A program made the translations under genes and the position numbers. Positions 51,295 through 64,000 of a DNA stretch of 64,000 bases are shown here, piece by piece (the first letter of the stretch is position 1; every line of letters begins with the position of its first letter). The stretch spans positions 57,908,001-57,972,000 of the forward strand of contig NC_135814.1 in the NCBI RefSeq assembly GCF_964213995.1, given 5' to 3'. The notes under the pieces were generated by a model. That model had not been told where the DNA came from. It saw nothing but the letters and a program-made list of their open reading frames with translations, and did not search any database. The stretch is from Mustelus asterias (lineage: Eukaryota).

Positions 51295-52272
51295 ACACAC
51301 AAATTAGGAGAAGCAGTAAGCCACTCAGCGTCTTGAGCCTGCTCTGCCCCTCAATAAGATTATGGCTGATCTGCTTGTAACTTCAACCGCACATTCATGT
51401 CTAACAATAACTTTTCATCCCCTTGTTAATAATCTATCTAGCTCTGCTTTAAAAATATTTAACGACTCGTCTTCAACTCTGACAGAATTTCTCCTCATCT
51501 CCATCTTATACGAATGACCCCTTATTTTTAAACGATGATCCCTAGTCCCAGATTCTCCAACAAGAAGAAACATTCTCTCCACATTTACCCTGTCGATGCT
51601 CCTTTGGATCTTACAGGTTTCAATCAAGTCACCTCTTACTCTTCTAAACTCTAGTAGATACAAGCCTAACCTTTCCAACCTTTCCTCATAAGGCAACCCA
51701 CCCATTCCTTGAATTAGTCAAGCAAAACCTTCTCTGAACTGCTTCTAATGCATTTACATAAATAAGGAGAACTGTATCATGCACAATACTCCAAGATGTC
51801 ATCTCACCAGTATCCTGTACAACTGAAGCATAACATCCGTACTTTCTCCTCATAATACACAATAACATTCTATTAACCTTCGTAAATACTTGGCGTACCT
51901 GTATACCAGCCTTTCTGATTTATTCACTAGGACACCCAGATCTCTCTTTACCTCAGAGCTCTGCCATCTCTCACCATTTAGATAATAATTAGAGAATTAT
52001 TAGAGAATTCCAGAGATTCACCACCCTCTGAGAGAAGCAGTTCCTCCTCAACTCTGTCCTAAACTGACCCCCCTTTATTTTGAGGCTGTGCCCTCTAGTT
52101 CTAGTTTCCTTTCTAAGTGGAAAGAATCTCTCCACCTCTACCCTATCCAGCTCCTTCATTATCTTATAGGTCTCTATAAGATCCCCCCTCCGCCTTCTAA
52201 ATTCCAATGAATACAAACCCAATCTGCTCAGTCTCTCCTCATAATCAACACCCCTCATCTCTGGTATCAACC
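51295..52272 (-). mobile_element. CR1 LINE 3' fragments (two copies)
   Basis: YEERLERLGLY..EFRRVRGDLIE and YEERLSRLGLYSLEFRR..RGDLIETYK. Confidence 0.88.
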
Positions 52273-52640
52273 TGACTTAATAGAGGTTTATAGAATGATG
52301 AAGGGGATAGATAGAGTGAACGTTCAAAGACTATTTCCTCGGGTGGATGGAGCTATTACAACGGGGCATAACTATAGGGTTCATGGTGGAAGATATAGGA
52401 AGGATGTCCGAGGTAGGTTCTTTACTCAGAGAGTGGTTGGGGTGTGGAATGGACTGCCTGCAGTGATACTGGAGTCAGACACTTTAGAAACATTTAAGCC
52501 GGTATTGGATAGGCACATGGAGCACACCAGGATGATAGGGAGTGGGATAGCTTGATCTTGGTTTCAGATAAAGCCCGGCACAACATCGTGGGCCGAAGGG
52601 CCTAATCTGTGCTGTACTGTTCTATGTTCTATGTTCTAAT
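52273..52640 (+). mobile_element. CR1 LINE 3' end
   Basis: MKGIDRV..FFTQRVVGVWN followed by a (TTCTATG)n tail. Confidence 0.88.
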
Positions 52641-52789
52641 ATGCCTCTTTTTTAATTATTCCTGCCAAAATGGACAATTTCACATTTGCCCACATTATAC
52701 TCCATTTGCTAGATTTTTGCCTCACTTAACCTACCTATGTCCATTTGTAGTCTCCTTACATCGTCTTCAAAATTTACTTTCCTACATTT

Positions 52790-54012
52790 TTTGAGGATGT
52801 AACTAGTAGCGTTGACCGAGGAGAACCAGTGGATGTGGTTTATTTAGACTTTCAGAAGGCTTTCGACAAGGTCTCACATAACAGACTACAATGCAAAGTT
52901 AAAATACATGGGATAGTAGGTAATGTCTTAAGATGGATAGAAAGCTGGTTAGCAGATAGGAAGCAAAGAGTTGGCATAAATGGGTCTTTTTATGATTTTC
53001 AGTCAGTGACTTGTAGGGTCCTGCAGGGATCTGTGCTCGAACCCTAACTGTTCACATTATATATTAATGATTTGGAAGAGGGAACTGAATGTATTATCTC
53101 CAAATTTGCAAATGATACAAGGTTGGGTGGGAGGGTGAGCTCTGAGGAGGATGCAGAGATGCTTCAGCGTGATTTGGACAGGCTGCGTCTGTGGGCATCT
53201 GCATGGCATATGCAGTAGAATCTGGATAAATGTGAGGTTTTCCACTTTGGTAGCACTAGTAAGAAGGCATTATTACTTGAATGGGTGTAAATTGAGAGAG
53301 GTGGATACTCAACGAGTCCTCGTGCATTAGTCGCTGAACGTAAGCGCGCAGGTACAGCAGGCAGTGAAGAAGGCAAATGGTATGTTGGCCTTCATAGCAA
53401 GAGGATTTGAGTATAGGGATGTTTTGCTGCGATTGTATAGGGAATTGGTGAGGCCACACCTGGAATATTGTGTGCAGTTTTGGTGTCCTTATCTGAGGAA
53501 GGATGCCCTTGCTTTAGAGGGAGTACAGCGAATGTTTACCAGACTGATTCCTGGGATGGCAGGTCTGTCTTACGAGGAGAGACTAAGTCGGTCAGGATTA
53601 TATTCATTGGAATTTAGACGAGTGAGAGAGGATCTCATAGAAACTTTTAAAATTCAAACAGGGTTCGACAGGGTAGATTCAGAGAGAAATGTTCCCAATG
53701 ATGGGCAAGCCCAGAACTAGGGATCATAGTTGGAGGATAAGGGGTAAATCTTTTAGAACTGAGGTGAGGAGAAATTTCTTCACCCAGAGGGTGGTGAATG
53801 TGTGGAATTCACTACCACCGCATGTAGTTGTGGCCAAAATGTTGTCTGATTTCAAGAATAAATTAGATAAAGCTCTAGGAGCCAAAGGGATATGGGAGGA
53901 AGGACGGAGCAGGATATTGAATTTGATGATCAGCCATGATCAAGATGAATGGCGGAGCAGGCTCGAAGGGCCGAATGGCCTACGCCTGCTTCTAGTTTCT
54001 ATATTTCTATAT
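52790..54012 (+). mobile_element. CR1 LINE, RT domain to 3' tail
   Basis: VDVVYLDFQKAFDKV, QGSVL, SKFAND, RPHLEYCVQFW and an ATTTCTAT tail. Disrupted by stops and frameshifts. Confidence 0.92.
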
Positions 54013-54049
54013 CTTTGTGTCATCGGCACATTTAACAACCATACCTTCA

Positions 54050-54371
54050 GTCATAGAAATCATAGAAACCCTACAGTGCAGAAGGAGGCCATTCAGCCCA
54101 TCGAGTCTGCACTGACCACAATCCCACCCAGGCCCTACCCCACATATTTTACCAGCCATTCCCTCTAACCTACACATCTCTGGACTCTAAGGGGCAATTT
54201 TTAACCTGGCCAATCAACCTAACTTGCACATCTTTGGACTGTGGGAGGAAACCGGAGCACCCGGAGGAAACCCACGCAGAAACGAGGAGAATGTGCAAAC
54301 TCCACACAGACAGTGACCCGAGCTGGGAATCGAACCTGGGACCCTGGAGCTGTGAAGCAGCAGTGCTAACC
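54050..54371 (-). mobile_element. HE1-type V-SINE
   Basis: Reverse complement of the 43621 element. Confidence 0.9.
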
Positions 54372-55120
54372 TTATCCAAGTCATTATTTTTTATCCAAGT
54401 CATTTTTTATCCAGTCATGGGACATGGGCATCGCTAGCTGACCAACATTTATTACCCATCCTTAGTTGCCCTTGAGAAGGTGATGGTGAGCTGCCTTCTT
54501 GAATCGCTGCAGTCCATGTGCTGTGGGTTGACCCACAATGCATTAGGGAGAGAATTCCAGGATTTTTACCCAGTGACTGCGAAGGAACGGCAATATCTTT
54601 CCAAGTCAGGATGGTGAATGACTTGGAGGGGAACTTGCAGATGGTGGTGTTCCCAGGTATCGGTTGCCCTTGTTCTTCTAGATGGAAGTGGTCATGGGTT
54701 TGGAAGGTGCTGTTTAAGGAACTTTGGTGAATTTCTGCAGTGCATCTTGTAGATAGTACACACTACTGCTACTGGAAGGAGTGGATGTGGTGCCGATCAA
54801 GCGGGCTGCTTTGTCATGGAGGGTGTCAAGCTTCTTGAGTGTTGTTGGAGCTGCGCACATCCAGGCAAGTGGGGAGTATTCCATCACACTCCTGACTTGT
54901 GCCTTATACATGGTGGACAGGCTTTGGGAAGTCAGGAGGTGAGTTACTCGCCGCAGTATTCCTAGCCTCTGACCTGCTCTTGTAGCCACTGTGTTTATGT
55001 GGCAAGTCCAGTTGAATTTATGGTCAATAGTAATCCCAAGGATGTTGACAGTGGGGGATTCAATGACGGTAACATAATTGAATGTCAAAGGGCAGTGATT
55101 AGATTGTCTTTTATTGGTGA
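54372..55120 (-). mobile_element. CR1/L2-group LINE 3' portion of a distinct family
   Basis: ILGITIDHKFNWTCHI...YKAQVRSVMEYSPLAW, with a short tandem tail at 54372-54416. Confidence 0.85.
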
Positions 55121-55189
55121 TAAATATTACGAAAAGTTGAAAAGAACTCCAATAAATTGGTTAAACATGATTTCCCTTTCACAAAACCA

Positions 55190-55318
55190 GAGCTGACAAA
55201 GGGTCATCCAGACTTGAAACATTGTTTCTATTCTCTCTCCATAGATGCTGTCAGACCTGCTGACCAGCATTTTCTGCTTTTGTTTCAGATTCCAACATCT
55301 GCAGTATTTTGCTTTTAC
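55190..55318 (-). mobile_element. Penelope-like short element
   Basis: Reverse complement of the 47823 element. Confidence 0.7.
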
Positions 55319-55329
55319 CATGTTGATAC

Positions 55330-57490
55330 TGCCATGAGATTGGAAGATAGCAAATGTAACTCCTTTACTCAAAAAGGGAGAGAGACAAAAAGCAGCGAAC
55401 TACAGACCATATCAGCCTAATATCTGTCATACAGAAAATGTTAGAAGCCACTATTAAAGGTGTTACAGCAGGGCACTTGGAAAAAAATCAAGGCAATCAA
55501 GCAGAAAAGATCATTATCACTAAAGAGGTAGTGTTGAGAAAACTAATGGGGCTAAAGATAGACAAGTACCCTGGCCCTGTTGGAATGCAAAGTGTGCAGA
55601 GGATACTGAAAGTCTGTAGAGGGATATAGATAGTTTAAGTGAGTGGGCAAGGGTCTGGCAGATGGAGTACAATGTTGGTAAATGTGAGGTCATCCATTTT
55701 GTTCGGAATAACAGCAAAATGGACTATTATTTAAATAGTAAAAAATCGCAGCATGCTGCTGTGCAGAGGGACCTGGGTGTCCTTGTGCATGAATCACAAA
55801 AAGTTGGTTTGCAGGTGCAGTGGGTAATTAAGAAGGCAAATGGAATTTTGTCCTTTATTGCTAGAGGGATGGAGTTTAAAAACAGGGAGGTTGCAGCTGT
55901 ATAAGGTGCTGGTGAGGCCACACCTGGAGTACTGTGTACAGTTTTGGTCTACTTAATTGAGAAATGATATACTGGCACTGGAGGGGGTGCCAACAAGATT
56001 CACGAGGTTGATTCCGGAGGTGAGAGGGTTGGCTTATGAGGAGAGACTGAGTAGACTGGGAGTATGCTCATTGGAAGTTAGAATAAGGGGGGGGGGATCT
56101 TATAGAAACATATAAAATTATGAAGGGAATAGATAAGATAGAAGCAGGGAGGTTGTTTCCACTGGCAGGTGGAACTAGAACTATGGGGCATGGTCTCAAA
56201 ATAAGTGGGAGCAGATTTAGGACTGAGTTGAGGAGAAACTTCTTCACCCAAAGAGTTGTGAATTTGTGGAATTCCCTGCCCAGTGAAGCAGTTGAGGCTA
56301 CCTTGTTGCATGTTTTTAAGGCAAAAATAGATAGATTTTTGAACAGTAAAGGAATTAAGGGTTATGGTGAGTGGATGGGTAAGTGGAGCTGAGTCCAAGA
56401 AAAGATCAACCATGATCTTATTGAATGCGGAGTAGGCTCAAGGGGCCAGATGGCCCACTCCTGCTCCTAGTTCTAATGTTCTTATGCTAATGCTGTGGAG
56501 GATACATTTCTGACGTTTGTTGATTTTTTTTGGTGCAGCATGTTGAGGAACCAACTAGAGAATAGGCTACTTTAGATATAGTATTGTATAATCGATGTAC
56601 CCACAGAATTGATAAAGGGGAGTCAATGTAGTAAACTTGGATTTTCCAAAGGCTTTTTTATATAATCTCCCCGTAGGCGATTGGTTAGCAAAATTAAAGC
56701 ACATCATATGGGTAATTTCGCATTGATATGCAGTAACTAGTGAGATACCGCAAGAGTGAGTACTTGAGGCCCCAGCTGTTCACAATATATATTAATGATT
56801 TTGGTATGTAAGATTTCCAAATTAGTGGATGACAAAAAGTGGGAATGTATGTTGAGAGAAAGATGCAAAGCGACTTCAAAGGGATTTGGATAGACTGAGT
56901 GAGTGGGCAAGAACATGGCAGGTGGTATATATGTGAATAAATCTGAAGTTATCCACTTTGGTAGGAGGAAATGATGTGCAGATCATTTCATAAATAGTGA
57001 GAGATTTGAAGTGTAGATGTACAAAGGGACCTGGGTGTCCTCGTCAATTAGTCACTAAAAGTTGACATGCAGTTGCAGCAATTAGCAAGGCTAATAGTAA
57101 ATTAACCTTTATCGAAGAGGGTTTGAGTGCAGGTGTAGCGAAATCTTGCTTCAATTGTATAGAACCTTGGGTTAGACCGCAGTTGGAGCATTATGTGCAG
57201 TTTTGGTCCCTTTACCTTAGGAAGAATTATTGCCATAGAAGGAGTGTAATAAATTCGCCAGACTTGTCCCTGGGATGGCAGGACTGAACAATGAAGAGAG
57301 ATTGGGGAAATTGGGCCTGTATTCTCTCGAATTTTGAAGAATGAGAGGTGATCTCACAGAAATCTATAAAATACATAAAGGGATAGACTGGGTAGATGCA
57401 GGTACAATGTTAGGGCACCAGAACCAAAGGACACCATTTCATAATAAGGGGAAGCCACTTAGAACCAAGGTTCTCCTATGTTCCTATAAG
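55330..57490 (+). mobile_element. Tandem degenerate CR1 fragments
   Basis: NYRP, QMEYNVGKCEVIHF, QRDLGVLV and FFTQRVVNLWNSLP, with a second RT remnant at about 56600-57490. Confidence 0.85.
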
Positions 57491-58261
57491 TGGGATAATT
57501 TTCCATCTAATTTAGTTATGGTAACAATGCCAAATCAAGCAATGTATTTATCTTCAGATGGATGGCCCATTGCTTTGTGCACTATATTAATATGCCAAGT
57601 AACATCTCAATGACAGGGTTAAAATATCAGAATATTTACTCACAGGGGGATCTCACAAGAACATATAATGTTCCTCCCATTTGAGTTTATCTGCAGGCAC
57701 CAAGCATATTGCCCACTAACAGTCAGAGAGAGATAGTAAGGAAGATCACAGAAATATAGTCAAATTTGTACTTTAAGGAATGACATCCCTGATTGAACTT
57801 TTACAGAAAACCTCACAGATAAAATCACTTTACTAACTCTGCGACCTGCCACAAAGAGAAAGCAAGCCGGGAGTTGTTGCCAGGCTTTTTGCTGAATGCA
57901 CTTGGTCAGCAAGACCATATTACACAATTTATTCATGAGGTAGACACAGACACGTCAAAACCAGTGTACCACGCAATGTGAGATAATAGATAAACTGGAA
58001 GGAATAGACTATGCTGGATATGGGGATAATGTAATTATCCCAGAGACTTTGGACGTTGCTAGTGGTTTTGATCCCTAACAAGAACATATAACCTTTACAG
58101 GATATTATGTGTGAAATTAGTTGTTGGAGGCTGATGTATGCCTCCCTGAGAAGAACAAGAACCTGCAACCTTTGGTTGAGCAAAATTAGTTGATGGAGGC
58201 TGATGTATGCCTGATGTCTAGCATAGTAAAGATGGTAGGGAGCACCAGAATATGATGATGT

Positions 58262-58570
58262 GCAGTGGTTAGCACTGCTGCCTCACAGTGCCAGGGACCC
58301 GGGTTCAGTTCCGGCTTCGGGTCACTGTCTGTGTGGAGTTTGCACATTCTCCCTGTGACTGCATGGGTTCCCCCGGATGCTCCAGTTTCCAACCACAATA
58401 CAAAGATGTGGGCGTTAGGTTGATTAGCCATGCTAAATTGACCCTAGTGTCAGGGGGATTAACAGGATAAATATGTGGGGTTATGGGAATAGAGTCTGGG
58501 TGGGATTGTAGTCGGTGCAGACCCGATGGGCCGAATGGCCTCCTTCTACTCTGTAAGGATTCTATAATGA
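58262..58570 (+). mobile_element. HE1-type V-SINE
   Basis: Colinear with the 43621 element. Confidence 0.9.
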
Positions 58571-58650
58571 CAACTATAGACCAGACTACTGCTTATCGTG
58601 AGCTGCCGTTTAGCACTGGAGTTTAGTTGCACTCTGTACATTTTACATGA

Positions 58651-60630
58651 GAGTCATAGAGGTTTACAGCATGGAAACAGGCCCTTCGGCCCAACTTGTC
58701 CATGCCGCCCAGTTTTTACCACTAAGCTAGTCCCAATTGTCTGCATTTGGCCCATATCCCACTATACTTATTTTACTCGTGTAACTGTCTAAATGCTTTT
58801 TAAAAGACAAAATTGTACCCACCTCTACTATTGCCTCTGGCAGCTCGTTCCAGACACTCACCACCCTCTGTATGAAACAATTGCCCCTCTGGACCCTTTT
58901 GTATCTCTCCCCTCTCACCTTAAACCTATGCCCTCTAGTTTTAGACTCTCCTACCTTTTGGGAAAAATGTTGACTATCTGCCTTATCTATGCCCCTCATT
59001 ATTTTATAGACCTCTATAAGATCACCCCTAAGCTTCCTACGTTCCAGGGGAAAAGAGTCCCAGTCTATCCAGCCTCTCCTTATGACTCAATTCATCAAGT
59101 CCTGGTTGCATCCTAGTAAATCTTTTCTGCACTCTTTCTAGTTTAATTATATCTTTTCTATAATAGCTGACCAGAACTGTGCACAGTATTCCATATGTGG
59201 CCTGACCAATGTCTTGTACAACTTCGACAAGGCGTCCCAACTCCTGTATTCAATGTTCTAACCAGTGAAACCAAGCATGCCGAATGCCTTCTTCACCACC
59301 CTGTCCACTTGTGTCTCCACTTTCAAGGAGTCAAGCTATGAACCTGTACTTGTAGATCTCTTTGTTCTATACCTCTCCCCAGCGCCCTACCATTAACTGA
59401 GTAGGTCCTGCCCTGATTCGATCTCCCAAAATGCATCACCTCACATTTATCTAAATTAAACTCCCATCTGCCATTCATCAGCCCACTGGTCCAATTGATC
59501 AAGATCCCTTTGCAATCTTAGATAACCTTCTTCACTGTCCACTATGCCACCAATCTTGGTGTCATCTGCAAACTTACTAACCATGCCTCCTAAATTCTCA
59601 TCCAAATCATTAATATAAATGACAAATAATAGTGGACCCTGCACTGATCCCTGAGGCACACCGCTGGTCAAAGGCCTCAAGTTTGAAAAACAACCCTTTA
59701 CACTCACCCTTTGTCTTCTGTTGTCAAGCCAATTTTGTATCCAATTGGCTACCTCACCCTGGATACTGTGAGATATAACCTTATTTCACAACCTACCATG
59801 TGGTACCTTGTCAAAGGCCTTGCTAAAGTCCATGTAGACAATGTCAATTGCACTGCCCTCAACTATCTTCTTGATTACCCCTTCAAAAAACTTCAAATTT
59901 GTGAGACATGATTTTCCACTCAAACCATGCTGACTGTCTCTAATCAGTCCTTGCCTCTCTAAATGCCTGTAGATCTTGTCTCTCAGAATACCTTCCATCA
60001 ACTACCCACTACAGACATTAGGCTCATCAGTCTAAAGTTCCCAGGCTTTTCCCTGCATTCCTTCTTAAACAAAGGCACAACATTTGCTACCCTCCAATCT
60101 TCAGGCATTTCCCTGTGGCTGTCGATGATTCAAATATCTCTGCTAGGGGACCTGCAATTTCCTCCCTAGCCTCCCACAATGTCCTGGGATACATTTCATC
60201 AGGTCTTGGGGATTTATTTACCTTGATGCGCTTTAAGACTTCCAGCACTTCCTTCTCTGTAATATGTACATTCCTCAAGACATCACTATTTACTTTCCCA
60301 AGTTCCCTAACACCCATGCCTTTCTCAACAGTAAATACCGATGAGAAATATTCATTTAGAATCTCACCCATCTCTTATGGATCCGCACAAAGATGACCTT
60401 GTTGATCCTTGAGAGGCCCTACTCTCTCCCGAGTTACTCTTTTGCCCTTTACGTATTTGTAGAAGCTCTTTGGATTCTCCTTTGCCTTATCTGCCAAAGC
60501 AATCTCATATTCCCTTTTTGCCCTCCTGATTTTTCTCTTAACTCTACTCCGACAACCTGTATACTCTTCAAGGGATCCACTTGATCCCAGCTGCCTATGC
60601 ATGTCATATGCCTCCTCCTTTTTGACCTTG
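58651..60630 (-). mobile_element. CR1 LINE host copy, 3' half (linker, RT, tail)
   Basis: KENPKSFYKY, EILNEYFSSVFT, DFSKAFDKVPH and SGVPQGSV..FADDTK. Tail at 58651. Confidence 0.93.
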
Positions 60631-62018
60631 GAGTCATAGAGGTTTACAGCATGGAAACAGGCCCTTCGGCCCAACTTGTCCATGCTGCCCTTTTTTAAAA
60701 AAACTCCTAAGCTAGTCCCAATTGCCCGCATTTGACCCATATCCCTCTATACCCATCATACCCATGTAACTATCTAAATGCTTTTTAAAAGACAAAATTG
60801 TACCCGCCTCTACTACTACCTCTGGCAGCTTGCTCCAGATATTCACCACCCTCTGTGAAAAAATTGCCCCTCTGGACACTTTTGTATCTCTCCCCTCTCA
60901 CCTTAAACCTATGCCCTCTAGTTTTAGACTCCCCTACCTTTGAAAAAAGATATTGACTAGCTGATCTGTGCCCCTCATTATTTTATAGACCTCTGTAAGA
61001 TCACCTTTCAGCCTCCTACGCTCCAGAGAAAAAAGTCCCAGTCCAGCCTCTCCTTATAACTCAATTCATCAAGTCCCGGTAGCATCCTAATAAATCTTTT
61101 CTGCACTCTTTCTCGTTTAATAATATCCTTTCTATAATAGGGTGACCAGAATTGCACACAGTATTCCAAGTGTGGCCTTACCAATGTCTTGTACAACTTC
61201 AACAAGACATTCCAACTCCTGTATTCAATGTTGTGACCGATGAAACCAAGCATGCCGAATGCCTTGTTCACCACTCTGTCCTTCTGTGACTCCACTTTCA
61301 AGGAGCTATGAACATGTACCTCTAGATCTCTTTGTTCTGTAACTCTCCCCAACGCCCTACCATTAACTGAGTAAGTCCTGCCCTGGTTCAACCTACCAAA
61401 ATGCATCACCTCACATTTGTCTAAATTAAACTCCATCTGCGATTCGTCAGCCCACTGGCCCAATTGATCAAAATCCCGTTGCAATTGGAGATAACTTTCT
61501 TCACTATCCACTATGTCACCAATCTTGGTGTCATCTGCAAACTTACTCACCATGCCTCCTATATTCTCATCCAAATCATTGATATAAATGACAAATACAG
61601 TGGACACAGCACTGATCCCTGAGGCACACTGCTGGTCTCAGGCCTCCAGTTTGAAAAACAACTCTCTACAACCACTCTGGCTTCTGTCAAGAAGCCAATT
61701 TTGTATCCATATAAATACTTCACCCTGGATCCCGTGAGATTTAACCTTAGGCAACAACCTATCATGCAGTACCTTGTCAAAGGCCTTGCTAAAGTCCATG
61801 TAGGCAACATCAACTGCGCTGCCCTCATCTACCTTCTTGGTCCCCCCTTCAAAAAATTCAATCAAATTTGTGAGACATGATTTTCCACTCACAAAGCCAT
61901 GCTGACTGTTCCTAATTAGTCCTTGCGTCTCTAAATGCCTGTAGATCCTGTCTCTCAAAATACCTTCCAACAATTTACCCACCACAGATGTGAGGCTCAC
62001 TGGCCTGTAGTTCCCAGG
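60631..62018 (-). mobile_element. CR1 LINE, 5'-truncated copy nested in the same family
   Basis: Second tail GAGTCATAGAGGTTTACAGC at 60631, with RT starting at PGNYRPVSLTSVVGKLLE. Confidence 0.9.
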
Positions 62019-62059
62019 CCAGTGAGCCTCACTGGTTGAGACCCTGGTCTCATATTGAG

Positions 62060-64000
62060 ACCAGGGCCTCAATATGCCAATATGCAGGATTCCCCACATC
62101 TACCAGCCTTGCCCTTCACTCTAAAAGGAATGTGCTTACCCTGAACCTTGGTTAACACACTTTTGAAAACCTCCCACTTACCAAATGTCTCTTTGCTTGC
62201 CAACAGACTCCCTCAATCAACTTTTGAAAGTTCCTGTCTAATACCATCAAAATTGTCCTTACCCCAATTTAAAATTTTAACTTTTGGGCCGGACCTATCA
62301 TTTTCCATAGCTATCTTAAAACTAATGGAATAATGGTCACTGGTTCCAAAGTGATCCTCACCAACACTTTTGTTACCTGCCCTTCCTTATTTCCTAAGAG
62401 GAGATCAAATTTTTGCCCTCTGTCTAGTCGGGCCATCCATATACTGAATGAGAAATTCCTCCTGAATACACTCAACAAATTTCTCTCTGTCCAAGCCCCT
62501 ACTATGGCTGTCCCAGTCAATGTTGGGAAAGTTAAAGTCCCCTACTATTACCACTCTATTTTACTTGGAGCTATCTGTAATCTCCTTACATATTTGTTCC
62601 TCAATTTTCTGCTGACTGTAGTACAATCCTATCAAAGTGATCTCTCCCTTCTTATTTCTCAGTTCTACCCATATAGACTCAATGGACGAACCCTTGGCTG
62701 TATCCCCTCTTTGTAGTGCCGTGATGTTCTCCCTAATCAAAAACGCAACTCCCTCTCCTCTCTTACCTCCTGTTCTGTATTTCCTGTAGCACCTGTACCC
62801 TGGAACATTGAGCTGCTAGCCCTGCCCCTCCGTTAGCCAAGTTTCAGTAAGAGCTATAATATGCCAGTGTCATGTACCCATCCATGCCCTGAGTTCATCT
62901 GCCTTGTCCGTCAGGCCTCTTGCATTGAAATAAATGCAGTTTAATCTAGACTTCTCTTGCTCTCTGCCCTGCTTTCTCAGACCATCTGTCCAGTCATGTT
63001 TTGTGCACTCTTCCTGTGTTTTATTGCTCTTAACCTTATTGGACCCATTCACTGAGTTCTCCACAGTCTCTGTATTCTGTACTGTGGCCCGTTTTGATTT
63101 TTGTCTTTGGTTTCTCTGCCTTCTATTTTTCCCCTTACTTCCTTTTGTTTCTGTCCCCACTTTACTTCCCTCTGACTTCCTGCATCGGTTCCCATCCCCC
63201 TGCCACATTAGCAAAGACCATCCCCACCAGCATTAGCAAACACTCCCCCAGGACATTGGTTCCAGTCCTGTCCAGGTGCAGACTGTCCGATTTGTCCTGG
63301 TCCCACCTCCCCCTGAGCCGGTTCCAATGTCCCAGGAATTTGCATCCCTCCCTCTTGCACCATCTCTCAAGCCAGGTGTTTATCTTAGCTGTCCTGACAT
63401 TTCTACTCTGACTAGCACGTGGCACTGGTAGCAATCCTGAGATTACTATCTTCGAGGTCCTACTTTTTAGTTTAACTCCTAACTCCCTAAATTCAGCTTG
63501 AAGGACCTTCTCCCATTTTTTGCCTGTATCGTTGGAGCCTATATGCACCATGACAGCTGGCTCTTCACCCTCCCCCTCCAGAATGTCCTGCAGCCACTCT
63601 GAGACATCCATGACCCTTGCACCAGGGAGGCAATATACCACCCTGGTGTCACGTTTGCGTCCGCAGAAATGCCTGTCCATTCCCCTTACAATTGAGTCCC
63701 CTATCACTTTAGCTGTGCCACTTTTTTTCCTGTCCTCCTGTGCAGCAGAGCCAGCCACAATGCCATGAATCTGACTGCTGCCTCCTTCCCCAGGTGAGCC
63801 ATCTCCCCCAACAGTATCCAAAACAGTATATCTGTTGGGGAGGGAGATGACCGCAGGGGACCCCTGCACTGCCTTCCTACACTTCCTCTGTCTGGTGGTC
63901 ACCCATTCCCTATCTCCCTCAGCAATTTTTGTTTGCAGGGTGACCAACTCACTGAACATGCTATCCATGAGCATGGATCATGGATGCTCCAAAGTGAATC
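62060..64000 (-). mobile_element. CR1 LINE host copy, 5' half (ORF1 esterase plus APE endonuclease)
   Basis: ORF1 has IGDSIVRG, CLPGA, HIGSND and DSLHL (SGNH esterase). ORF2 begins LNCIYFNARGL. Confidence 0.92.

Overview
Vertebrate genomic DNA, almost certainly from a shark or other elasmobranch (intact HoxD2, HE1-type SINEs). Positions 1-25.3 kb are the 3' end of the HoxD cluster, with three two-exon genes on the + strand: hoxd3, hoxd2 and hoxd1. Around them lie putative non-coding hoxd3 exons, CCAAT/E-box promoters, two DR5 retinoic-acid elements and PBX-HOX sites. Exon 1 of mtx2, with an NRF1/ETS promoter, follows at 48.9 kb. The cluster is almost free of transposons, while 33-64 kb is dense with CR1/L2 LINEs, HE1, Deu- and LF-type SINEs and Penelope-like palindromic insertions. 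The main unexplained signal is between hoxd2 and hoxd1 (about 18.0-21.2 kb). It looks like a decayed tandem copy of hoxd2 at an offset of about +4.1 kb: the coding frame is destroyed but the PBX-HOX, E-box and YY1 motifs are kept. All alignments and family assignments were made by eye from recalled sequences and need computational confirmation.
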